Shown here piece after piece: positions 55,357 through 64,000 of a DNA stretch of 64,000 nt. The notes under the pieces are model-generated. The model worked only from the letters and a program-made list of their open reading frames with translations, was not told where the DNA came from and searched no databases. A program made the position numbers and the translations under genes. The stretch comes from an uncultured Holophagales bacterium (GTDB taxonomy: Bacteria; Acidobacteriota; Thermoanaerobaculia; Multivoradales; UBA5704), in contig CAWJGT010000001.1 of NCBI GenBank assembly GCA_963842525.1, positions 384,001 to 448,000 of the forward strand. Direction: 5' to 3'. How positions within the stretch are numbered: position 1 is the first letter of the stretch; every line of letters starts with the position of its first letter.

Positions 55357-56519
55357 GGACTTCCATCACCTCCGTCGCCACGGTTGCCAGCCGGCCCGGG
55401 CTCGACGCGATAGGGGAGGACGAGGGTGGCCACGGCTCCGCCCTGGGCGCCGTTCTCCAGGGTCAGCTTCGCCGCGTCGCCGTAGAGCTGCCGCAGGCGC
55501 GCCCGCGTGTTCGCCAGGCCAATCCCCCGAATACCACGCGCCGCGTCGAGGCTCCCGGCGGAGAGGCCGGGCCCATCGTCGCGCACCTGGATCTCGAGGG
55601 AGCCGTTGACCCGCGCGGCATTGATCTCGATCCTGCCCGCCGCCGAGCGGCGTCCGATGCCGTGGCGGACGGCGTTTTCGACGATCGGCTGCAAGCCCAT
55701 GTAGGGGACCGCGGCATCGAGAGTCGCCGGCTCGGCGGAGATCTCGACGCGCAAGCGATCCTGGAAACGGACCTGCTCGATCGACAGATAGAGCTCCAGA
55801 TATTCGAGCTCGCGCCGGAGCGGTACTTCCTGCGCATCGACGTCCTCCAGGACACAGCGCAGGAGATCGCTGAGGCGGGCGAGCATCTCCTCCGCCTGCC
55901 GGCCTTTCTCCTGGCGCACCAGCACCATGATCGCGTTCAGCGTATTGAACAGGAAATGCGGCTGGAGCTGTCCCTTGAGCGCGCTCAATTGCGCCTGCAC
56001 GAGCTCGGATTGCAGCTTGGAGGTCTGGAGCTCCAACTGGAGCGCCTGCCGCCTGCGTTCCTGATACTGGTGGTAATAGTGGAAGGCGGCTTGAATGCCC
56101 AGCACGATCCAATAGCTGGAGATGTTGCCATGGAAGCCGAAGACCAGCAGGAAGCCCAACGTGGCGGAAAAACTGGTCATGATCGCGGGAAAGATCCCCA
56201 GGCTGGAGAGGATGGCGCTGTCCAGGACGAGAATGACGACGGAAAACACCATGCTGAACAGCAGATGCAGCATCACCCGCCGTAGCCACTTCCGCCGTTC
56301 GATGGGAAAGCGGCGGCCGAGCCAGAGGATGCCGGGAGTGAACGCGGCGCAGAGGTAGACCCCCGTCATCCAGGACAACAGGAAGTGCCACCAGGGCGTG
56401 GGATCACCGAAGACGAGCTTACGCGTGAGGTCCTGGGAGAGGTAGAAGAGGCCGGCCGCCGTCCACGCCAGGAAATATCCGGCGAGTCGCAGCAGCCCGC
56501 GTCGGTTGACCAGTCCCAT
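55338..56519 (-). CDS. LytS/YehU-family sensor histidine kinase
   Basis: TM helices; LKGQLQPHFLFNTLN; LQPIVENAVRHG; GIGLANTRARL. Confidence 0.94.
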   Translation of the reverse strand: MGLVNRRGLLRLAGYFLAWTAAGLFYLSQDLTRKLVFGDPTPWWHFLLSWMTGVYLCAAFTPGILWLGRRFPIERRKWLRRVMLHLLFSMVFSVVILVLDSAILSSLGIFPAIMTSFSATLGFLLVFGFHGNISSYWIVLGIQAAFHYYHQYQERRRQALQLELQTSKLQSELVQAQLSALKGQLQPHFLFNTLNAIMVLVRQEKGRQAEEMLARLSDLLRCVLEDVDAQEVPLRRELEYLELYLSIEQVRFQDRLRVEISAEPATLDAAVPYMGLQPIVENAVRHGIGRRSAAGRIEINAARVNGSLEIQVRDDGPGLSAGSLDAARGIRGIGLANTRARLRQLYGDAAKLTLENGAQGGAVATLVLPYRVEPGPAGNRGDGGDGSPCPGPR

Positions 56520-56566
56520 CAGAAGACCAGCTTAGCGCAGCCCATCCACCGATGGGCTGCGCCGTG

Positions 56567-57931
56567 CTACGGGGTCCGCAGAGGTGCGAACCGCGCGTCC
56601 AGGTCGTGCTCGGCCCGCCGCAGGAAGACGAGGACGTCTTCGAGGAAGGCGACCGTTCCCAGACCCAGCTCGAACGTCTCCCGCAGGAGCTGCACCGCGG
56701 CGAGGACCTCGCGCTGGATGCGGAGGGCCCGGAACACCTCGGCGGCGTTCAGGACCGTCTCGCGGGCCTCGCGGCTCCGTTGGAGGCGCAGCAGGACCGT
56801 CGCGAGGTCCAGGGCCGCCAGGGCCGCCTGATAGCCCAGCTCGGCCTGCTCGAAACCCTCCCGGACCTCCCGGAAGGTCTGCTCGGCCCGCGCGAGCTTC
56901 CCGAGGCCGGCGTCGATCCGCCCTTCCAGCCATTGCAGCTTGAGCTGGTTGATGCGGCCGCCCGCCTGCTCGTAGCGCCACCGGTTGAGGAAGAGCGTCT
57001 TGCGCGCCTCTTCGAACCGGCCGCAGTCCGCGAGGAACGCGAGCTGGTTGTGGACCGCCGAGAAGACCAGGTCGGGATCCCGGCGCTCGTCCACGAGCTC
57101 GAGCCCCTGTTGGAGGAGCCGGATCGCGCTCTCGGGCTCGCCGGAGTAGAAGGTGAAGATCCCCATGCTCAGGAGGGCGCGGCCCGCGAGGTGCTTCTGC
57201 CCGTGCTGGAGATAGAGGGTATAGACGAGGCAGAGGGTCGTCCGGGCCTGCTCGAACCGGCGCCGCGCCCGGTAGAGCGACGAGAGGAGGTCCAGCATGT
57301 GGGCCAGCAGCAGCTTGTCGCCGCTGCCTTGACGATAGAGCTCGTACGCCTTGTCGAAGTTCTCCTCGGCGCCGTCGAGGTCCTCGGAGACGCGGAGGGC
57401 ATTGGCCAGCTCGGCCCAGGCCCGGCACTGGATATCCGCGACCTGCTCCGCCCCGATCTCCGGGGCATCGAGGTCGCGGGCCGCCAGGGTGGCAAGCCGG
57501 GCGAAGTCCACCATCTGGGCTGGATCGTCGTGGCGGACGGCCCAGCTCCTCTCCAGGAGCGCCTCCACCAGCGGGAGGCCGCGGTCGTTCCGGGAGAGCC
57601 CTTCGAGGGCCAAGGGACCGCCGGCTTCGAGCCGCGCCACGATCTGGCGGCTCCTCTCGTCCTTTCGGCGCCAGCTCTTCTCGTACTTGAGCGCCTTTGC
57701 CGTGGCCCGATCGATCGCGGCGTCGTAGGCATCCTCCCCGTCGGGCCTTGTGCTCACGGCCGCAGGGTGGACCTCGAACGCCGCGGGAGCCGCGGCCAGG
57801 CAGATCTCACAGCCTCGCAAGAGGTGGCGCAGAACCTCGCTGGACAGCTTCAGCGGCAGCTCGCCACTGGCGAACGCCGACATCTCCGCCGGAGAGGGGT
57901 GGTCGGTCAATGCTTTCTCCTTTCGGGCCAC
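56567..57931 (-). CDS. TPR-repeat protein with N-terminal zinc-finger (zf-HC2-like) motif
   Basis: HPSPAEM...HLLRGCEIC; TPR-like helices (AWAELANALRV, ALLSMGIF, AVHNQLAFL). Confidence 0.78.
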   Translation of the reverse strand: MARKEKALTDHPSPAEMSAFASGELPLKLSSEVLRHLLRGCEICLAAAPAAFEVHPAAVSTRPDGEDAYDAAIDRATAKALKYEKSWRRKDERSRQIVARLEAGGPLALEGLSRNDRGLPLVEALLERSWAVRHDDPAQMVDFARLATLAARDLDAPEIGAEQVADIQCRAWAELANALRVSEDLDGAEENFDKAYELYRQGSGDKLLLAHMLDLLSSLYRARRRFEQARTTLCLVYTLYLQHGQKHLAGRALLSMGIFTFYSGEPESAIRLLQQGLELVDERRDPDLVFSAVHNQLAFLADCGRFEEARKTLFLNRWRYEQAGGRINQLKLQWLEGRIDAGLGKLARAEQTFREVREGFEQAELGYQAALAALDLATVLLRLQRSREARETVLNAAEVFRALRIQREVLAAVQLLRETFELGLGTVAFLEDVLVFLRRAEHDLDARFAPLRTP

Positions 57932-58009
57932 TATCTTGACATACGCAGAGCAAGCTCGTCAGGTTGTGACAGGGGCGTCGGGACGGACCACCCCCGGCGA
58001 GCCGATCTG

Positions 58010-58321
58010 CTAGCCGTTTGGATCGATGCAGATCCCATCCTCCCCCTGGATGCTGCCGGGGCTGCACGTCGTCGCGTGGACGGTCTGACATGGAACGCCG
58101 TTCGGGTCGATGCAGATCCCATCCTGCTGGTATACGTGCATCCCGCCGCTCGGCTCAGTCTCGCCAAAGAAGCCCAGGACCCAGGTCCAGGCCCTCTCGA
58201 AAAGGCCGGGAGATGTGTACTGCCAATCCCCCCGCCCGGCTGCCTCTGCGGGGCCCACCACCAGCAGGGCAGCCGCGAGGATCCCCGCAGCGATGATGCG
58301 CCGCGCCGTCCTCTGAGACAT
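58010..58321 (-). CDS. Small secreted peptide precursor with duplicated DGICIDPNG motif
   Basis: AGGAGG RBS, Sec signal ending AEA, two DGICIDPNG copies, the second at the C-terminus. Confidence 0.78.
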   Translation of the reverse strand: MSQRTARRIIAAGILAAALLVVGPAEAAGRGDWQYTSPGLFERAWTWVLGFFGETEPSGGMHVYQQDGICIDPNGVPCQTVHATTCSPGSIQGEDGICIDPNG

Positions 58322-58502
58322 CGCAATCCCTCCTTTGCCGCAGGTCGGGCCGGCCCGCCATGGTCCAGCCGCCCGCGGTCGAACATGCTCCGTTGCCGAT
58401 CCATCCCCTCTCGTACGCGGAACACCTTTTCTGCCTGATGCAGACCCCGTTGTCTTCGGCTTGAACATTATGGTACTCCAAGGACACCACGGATGGGAAC
58501 CC

Positions 58503-59291
58503 CTACCGGAGCTGTTGCCAGGCGAGGAGGGCCGTCACCAGCAGCCCGATGACGACCACCGCGGCGCGGGCCTTCTCCTGGCCGATCAGGCGGGAGAAGC
58601 GGGCTCCCGCATAGCCGCCCGCGGCAGCTCCCACCGCGAGCACCAGGGCCTCGGGCCAGGAGACGGCGCCGCGGAGGATGAAATAGGCCGCGGCCACGCT
58701 GTTGATGCACAGGTTGAAGAAGTTCTTGAGCCCGTTCATGGCATGGATGTCCGTCAGGCCCAGGAACCCGAGCAGGGCGAGCATCAGGATGCCGATGCCG
58801 GCGCCGAAATAACCGCCATAGACCGCGACGCCAAGCTGGAGGAGGACGGCGACGGCCCAGCGTCCCGGCCCGAGGTCGGACGGCGAGGGATCGCCCGCGC
58901 TCTCCCGGGCTGGAAAGAACCGGCGGGACAGGACCCCGCGCAGCATGAAGAGGACGGTGGCGAAGAGGATGAGGACCGGAGCGAGGGCCTTGAAGGTCTG
59001 CTCCGGGGTGCGCAGGAGCAGGACCGATCCGAGGGTCCCGCCCACGAGGCTGGGGAGGAAGAGGGTCTTGAGCCATGCCTTGTTGGCCGCGATTTCACGT
59101 CGAAAGCCGGCCATGCTCGTGACGGCGCCGGGCAGCAGGGCCACGGTCGACGTGGCATTTGCCGTGATCGCCGGCATGCCGAGGAACACCAGGGTGGGAA
59201 AGGTGAGGATCGTGCCGCCGCCGGCCATGGCGTTCATCGCTCCCGCACCGAAACCCGAGGCGGCGAGAGCGACGATCTGGCCGGGGGTCAT
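58503..59291 (-). CDS. TauE/SafE-family (TSUP) membrane transporter
   Basis: AGAMNAMAGGGTILTFP, ANATS, YGGYFGAGIG, MNGLKN. Confidence 0.9.
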   Translation of the reverse strand: MTPGQIVALAASGFGAGAMNAMAGGGTILTFPTLVFLGMPAITANATSTVALLPGAVTSMAGFRREIAANKAWLKTLFLPSLVGGTLGSVLLLRTPEQTFKALAPVLILFATVLFMLRGVLSRRFFPARESAGDPSPSDLGPGRWAVAVLLQLGVAVYGGYFGAGIGILMLALLGFLGLTDIHAMNGLKNFFNLCINSVAAAYFILRGAVSWPEALVLAVGAAAGGYAGARFSRLIGQEKARAAVVVIGLLVTALLAWQQLR

Positions 59292-59342
59292 GGGGTAGGG
59301 ATTATGGCATGGGGTACGATACCCCCCACCCAGGAGGAGAGC

Positions 59343-60761
<1,419 letters not shown>

Positions 60762-60765
60762 GCGC

Positions 60766-61188
60766 TCAGCCCCGCCGGCCCCAGAGCGCGCCGACCGCCA
60801 GCATGACGCTTGCGCTGCCGACGACGGCGGCGGCGAGCAGGAGGTCGGAGCGGGACAGGCTGGATCCGGCGGCGAGCAGAAGGGCCAGCAGCGCGGCGAC
60901 GTGGAGGCCCAGGGTCAGGAGGAGCGGAGCCCGCAGCGCCCTCTCGGTGGTCACGGCCCGGCGCATGACCGAGGGTTTGTCCTGTTGCTCCGGCGCCGGA
61001 CGCGGCGGCGGGGCCTGCGCGAGCGGAGGCGCCTGGACGGGGCGCGCCGGCGGTTCCGGCCCTGCGGTCAGGTTGGCTTTGCCCTCGTCCGGCACCGCGA
61101 GGGTGCGGTGGAGGGCGCGCCGGGGGCGTACCCGGATCGGCGGATGCGGGCGGGGCGGACTGACGGGCTGCCGGATCGGATCGGCCAT
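60766..61188 (-). CDS. Hypothetical protein, Pro-rich N-terminus and two C-terminal TM helices
   Basis: ORF composition only. Confidence 0.5.
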   Translation of the reverse strand: MADPIRQPVSPPRPHPPIRVRPRRALHRTLAVPDEGKANLTAGPEPPARPVQAPPLAQAPPPRPAPEQQDKPSVMRRAVTTERALRAPLLLTLGLHVAALLALLLAAGSSLSRSDLLLAAAVVGSASVMLAVGALWGRRG

Positions 61189-61307
61189 GGCGCAGAGTCC
61201 CTCACTTGTTTAGTGACGGACCACGTCAAAATGTTTCGCCGCCGGATGGAGAAATTTGACAGGCGGACCCGCGGCACTGTCCACGGGACCGCCTGCCGGT
61301 GGTGGAA

Positions 61308-61562
61308 TCAGACGGGCCTCACCTCGTAGCCGTTGCCGTTCCGGAACAGCTCGACGTGGATGTCCGGGTCGTCGACGTCGAAGAAGGCGACGACCTGGCC
61401 GTCGACCAGGAACTCGCAGCGTTGCCCGCGGGTCACATCCACGCTGTGGACCTTTCCCGGTGCGATCTTCCCGCTCTTGGGGATGGCACGGGCCATGCCC
61501 ATGCCTCCGCCGCTGGCCACCCGATAGTCCGTGTTCTGCCCTGTCGAATTGGAAACATTCAT
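61308..61562 (-). CDS. Small protein starting MNVSNSTGQNTDYRVASGGG
   Basis: AGGAGG RBS before ATG 61562; N-terminus shared with upstream ORF. Confidence 0.72.
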   Translation of the reverse strand: MNVSNSTGQNTDYRVASGGGMGMARAIPKSGKIAPGKVHSVDVTRGQRCEFLVDGQVVAFFDVDDPDIHVELFRNGNGYEVRPV

Positions 61563-61609
61563 CTCATCCCTCCTTTCGGCCCACCGTGCCGCCGGTGAGC
61601 ACACTCCTT

Positions 61610-62014
61610 TCAACCGGCCATCGGCGACCCCGGTTCTGCCGCCGAGCCGACGACCTTCTTTCCAGGGGGCTTCGAGGGCGGCTGCCGTGGCTTGACGGGC
61701 TCGCTGGGCTCGGCAGGCTTGGCGGGCTTGGAGACCATGACGCTGAACTTCCCCTTGGACGGCCCCATCAGGATGATGAGACAGGAGGAATCCTTGACCT
61801 TGGCTTCGGCCAGAAGGGTCTTGGTCCCTGGCTTGAAGAACCGGATATGCCAGGAAGTCCCGTCAGGCAGCTTCAGATTCTTGTGGTGGCTGTTCGGGCC
61901 GAGCTTGCTCGCGAGCTCTTTGTTGTTGCCCGGCTTGCCGGTCACGGGGGGCGGCCCCCCCCCGCTCGCGACTCGATAGTCGGTGTTCTGGCCCGTCGAG
62001 TTGGACACATCCAT
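61610..62014 (-). CDS. Small Lys/Pro-rich protein starting MDVSNSTGQNTDYRVASGGG
   Basis: AGGAG RBS before ATG 62014; N-terminus shared with downstream ORF. Confidence 0.72.
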   Translation of the reverse strand: MDVSNSTGQNTDYRVASGGGPPPVTGKPGNNKELASKLGPNSHHKNLKLPDGTSWHIRFFKPGTKTLLAEAKVKDSSCLIILMGPSKGKFSVMVSKPAKPAEPSEPVKPRQPPSKPPGKKVVGSAAEPGSPMAG

Positions 62015-62078
62015 GATTGGTTCTCCTGTTGAAGATCCCTCCACCGTCGGAGGTTCGATGGCGGGAGCGGGGTGGAAA

Positions 62079-63092
62079 TCAACGATCCATGGCACGGACC
62101 TCGAAGACGGGCGCGCCGAGGAGCTCGGGCTCACCGCCTGCATTGACACCGCGCAGCATGATCCTGTAACGGCCTGAGGATAGCTTATCAGCAGGTAGCG
62201 AGACGATCACAACCGGCACTCCCTCGATCGTCGCAGGCATGAGCGAATCCGGGGCGACCTCGTCTCCCGTGTCGGTCCGGCTCACGGTCGCGGTGAAGGA
62301 GTCGAAGCTTTCTTCCTCGTCCAGGAGGAGCTGGACCTTGACCTGCTTCGTCCCGGGACGAAGCTCGAAGACCGCGGTCTCCTGGCTGGATCGCACACCC
62401 ACGAGATCGAGCGAAAATTCCTGCACGGTCTGGATATCCGGCACCGGCTCGTTCTGCTCGGCGATCTGTTCCGGTGGTGGTGCAGGGGCCGGCTCCGGCG
62501 AGGCCTGCTCCCGCTCGACGGGCGTTTTCGCCTGCGGGGTCCCGGTTACCGGGGCCGGTGGGGTTGCCTCCGGCGGCGCGACGTGTGACCGGGGCTCTCC
62601 GGGAGAGGGGGTCTCCCTCTGGGCGATCGCCACGCCGCTCCTGGGATCTCCCGGATGTACGGTCTGCTGTGCCAGCCACAAGCCGGCGACGACCACGCTG
62701 AGGCTGGCGGCCAGGGCTGCTGCGCGGATCTCCGGCCGGTCGAGAGACAGCCACCTGCGGAAGGGGAGAACGGAGCCACGCGGCTTCGCCTCGTTCCGCT
62801 CGCCGGAGATGATGATCAGGCTCCGGCTCACTGCCAGTCGGGCACGGCCGCGTGGTGAGGAGGCCAGCCGCCGGCGGACCGCCGCGCGCTCGCCGGAGGA
62901 GAGCTCACCTCGCGCGTAGGCTGCCAGCAGGTCGCCCTCGATGGCCTCGGACAATTCGAACAGCTCGCCGTCGGCGAGCAGCTCCTGCTCCAGGGTCTCG
63001 GCCTCGCCGGCGCCGAGCTTGCCGAGGAGGTATTGGCGCAACATCGCTTCCTTGATTTCATCAGATTTCATGGGATCTCCCTCTTCCGTCAT
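62079..63092 (-). CDS. Putative membrane anti-sigma factor
   Basis: LRQYLLGKL...EGDLLAAYARGELS N-terminal domain, one TM helix, Pro-rich linker, C-terminal beta domain; follows ECF sigma. Confidence 0.72.
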   Translation of the reverse strand: MTEEGDPMKSDEIKEAMLRQYLLGKLGAGEAETLEQELLADGELFELSEAIEGDLLAAYARGELSSGERAAVRRRLASSPRGRARLAVSRSLIIISGERNEAKPRGSVLPFRRWLSLDRPEIRAAALAASLSVVVAGLWLAQQTVHPGDPRSGVAIAQRETPSPGEPRSHVAPPEATPPAPVTGTPQAKTPVEREQASPEPAPAPPPEQIAEQNEPVPDIQTVQEFSLDLVGVRSSQETAVFELRPGTKQVKVQLLLDEEESFDSFTATVSRTDTGDEVAPDSLMPATIEGVPVVIVSLPADKLSSGRYRIMLRGVNAGGEPELLGAPVFEVRAMDR

Positions 63093-63153
63093 TTTCAGCT
63101 CCCACTATGGATGTCAGGTTCGGGAGAATCGTTTCGCCGGTCTCCGGAACGGC

Positions 63154-63753
63154 TCAGTTCCGCAGGCGTTCCCGGACGCAATCCTCGAGCTTGCGGCGGA
63201 TGCGGTGGACGCGGATGCGCAGCGCGTTCATGGGGATCCCGAGCTGCTCGGAGAGGTCCTTGCGGCCCCGGATGTTGTTCTCCCCCCGGTGGTAGACGAG
63301 GACGAGATGGCGCTGCTCGGGGGGGACCTTCTCGAGGCACTGCTGGAGCGCGTCGAGCCGCTCGTCGTCGACCGGTTCCTCGGCCGGCTCCGGCAGCCAG
63401 GCGTCGCTCTCGAACGCCGTGCGTTCCCGGTTGGCGCGCCGCAGAACCTCCTTGTAGACCAGATGGGCGACGCCGCAGAAGTAGCCGTACGGATCGGCCG
63501 ACCGCAGCTCCACCCCCTCGGCCATCCGGCGGGCGACCCGGTTGATGGTCTCGTCGGTCAGGTCTTCGGGAGAGGGACAGCCCCGCCATTCGAAGAGGCG
63601 GACCAGCCGGCGGCGGATCTCCTCGTACTTCTCCCCCGCCTTGTTGCGGTCGGGGCCGAGGTGTGCGAGGAGTGCCTCCAGGCCTTCGCGCGTCAATCCC
63701 TCGGGCCTCTCCTTCGAGGCCTCCAGATCCCCTCCGGAAGGGCTCACTTCCAT
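63154..63753 (-). CDS. ECF RNA polymerase sigma factor
   Basis: YEEIRRRLVRLF...EDLTDETINR; CLEKVPPEQR; LSEQLGIPMNALRIRVHRIRRKLEDC. Confidence 0.85.
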   Translation of the reverse strand: MEVSPSGGDLEASKERPEGLTREGLEALLAHLGPDRNKAGEKYEEIRRRLVRLFEWRGCPSPEDLTDETINRVARRMAEGVELRSADPYGYFCGVAHLVYKEVLRRANRERTAFESDAWLPEPAEEPVDDERLDALQQCLEKVPPEQRHLVLVYHRGENNIRGRKDLSEQLGIPMNALRIRVHRIRRKLEDCVRERLRN

Positions 63754-64000
63754 TCCCCCTGCAGGGAGAAGCCGGCCCAGTAATAGGGGGAGCGGTACCG
63801 CGATTTGCTGGCCATGTCGGCCTGGGCCAGCCGCAGGGCCGCCGCGGGCGGCTTCTTCTGGACCAGCAGGTAGTCGTAGAAGCGCTGCATCAGCAGCGAG
63901 GTGGCCCTGTCCTCGACTTTCCAGAGGCTGGCAAGCACGCGGCTGCTGCCGGCATAGAGGAAGCCGCGCGTCAGCCCGACGAGGCCCTCGCCCCGGATCT
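63744..64000 (-). CDS. CHAT-domain (caspase-like) protein, C-terminal end
   Basis: GEGLVGLTRGFLYAG.SRVLASLWKVED; AAALRLAQ; PYYWAGFSLQGEW. Confidence 0.92.
   Translation of the reverse strand, partial: IRGEGLVGLTRGFLYAGSSRVLASLWKVEDRATSLLMQRFYDYLLVQKKPPAAALRLAQADMASKSRYRSPYYWAGFSLQGEWK

Noticed and set aside
58335-59342. N-terminal extension of the fumC ORF (808 aa)
   Set aside because: The real start is ATG 59343 with an AGGAG RBS; the extension is the antisense of the tauE-family gene

Overview
High-GC bacterial window; the gene content (CHAT-ECF-anti-sigma cluster, zinc-finger/TPR protein, DPNG peptide, Uma2) suggests Acidobacteriota class Thermoanaerobaculia, which is an inference. Many single-base frameshifts, including in hslV and trmFO, point to uncorrected long-read indels, so split ORFs were rejoined by homology. 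Layout: (1) 3' end of gltA; (2) a Fur-boxed iron-uptake/flavinylation operon (fur, FTR1-DUF2318 fusion, two FtsX/MacB permeases, an ABC ATPase fused to a DtxR-type domain, ApbE, porin, FMN-binding protein, cytochrome-b-like protein) plus a convergent second ApbE; (3) housekeeping tyrS, GT2, dapF, FN3 lipoprotein and trmFO-xerC-orf-hslV-hslU; (4) a ~17 kb accessory island at 20.8-37.9 kb, the best candidate for an undescribed system. Its signalling operon encodes a membrane protein, a ~1750-aa kinase with five GAF-like repeats and two HATPase-like domains, receivers, and one degenerate plus one intact sigma54 activator. It converges on an operon with a consensus sigma54 promoter encoding a NitT/TauT binding protein, a receiver-fused ABC permease, an ATPase, a class I isoprenoid-synthase-like enzyme and a RaSEA-like radical SAM enzyme; (5) a decayed toxin-antitoxin patch between two copies of a gene 3' end; (6) hydrolase, aminotransferase, dehydrogenase, carB, a nucleotidyltransferase pair, LytS/LytTR with an ABC-2 permease-acyltransferase fusion; (7) TPR protein plus DPNG-repeat peptide, tauE-family gene, fumC, and CHAT-ECF-anti-sigma followed by two small proteins with a shared N-terminus. 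A GC-rich palindromic repeat family occurs seven times, and several genes look leaderless. No rRNA, tRNA or CRISPR array was seen.
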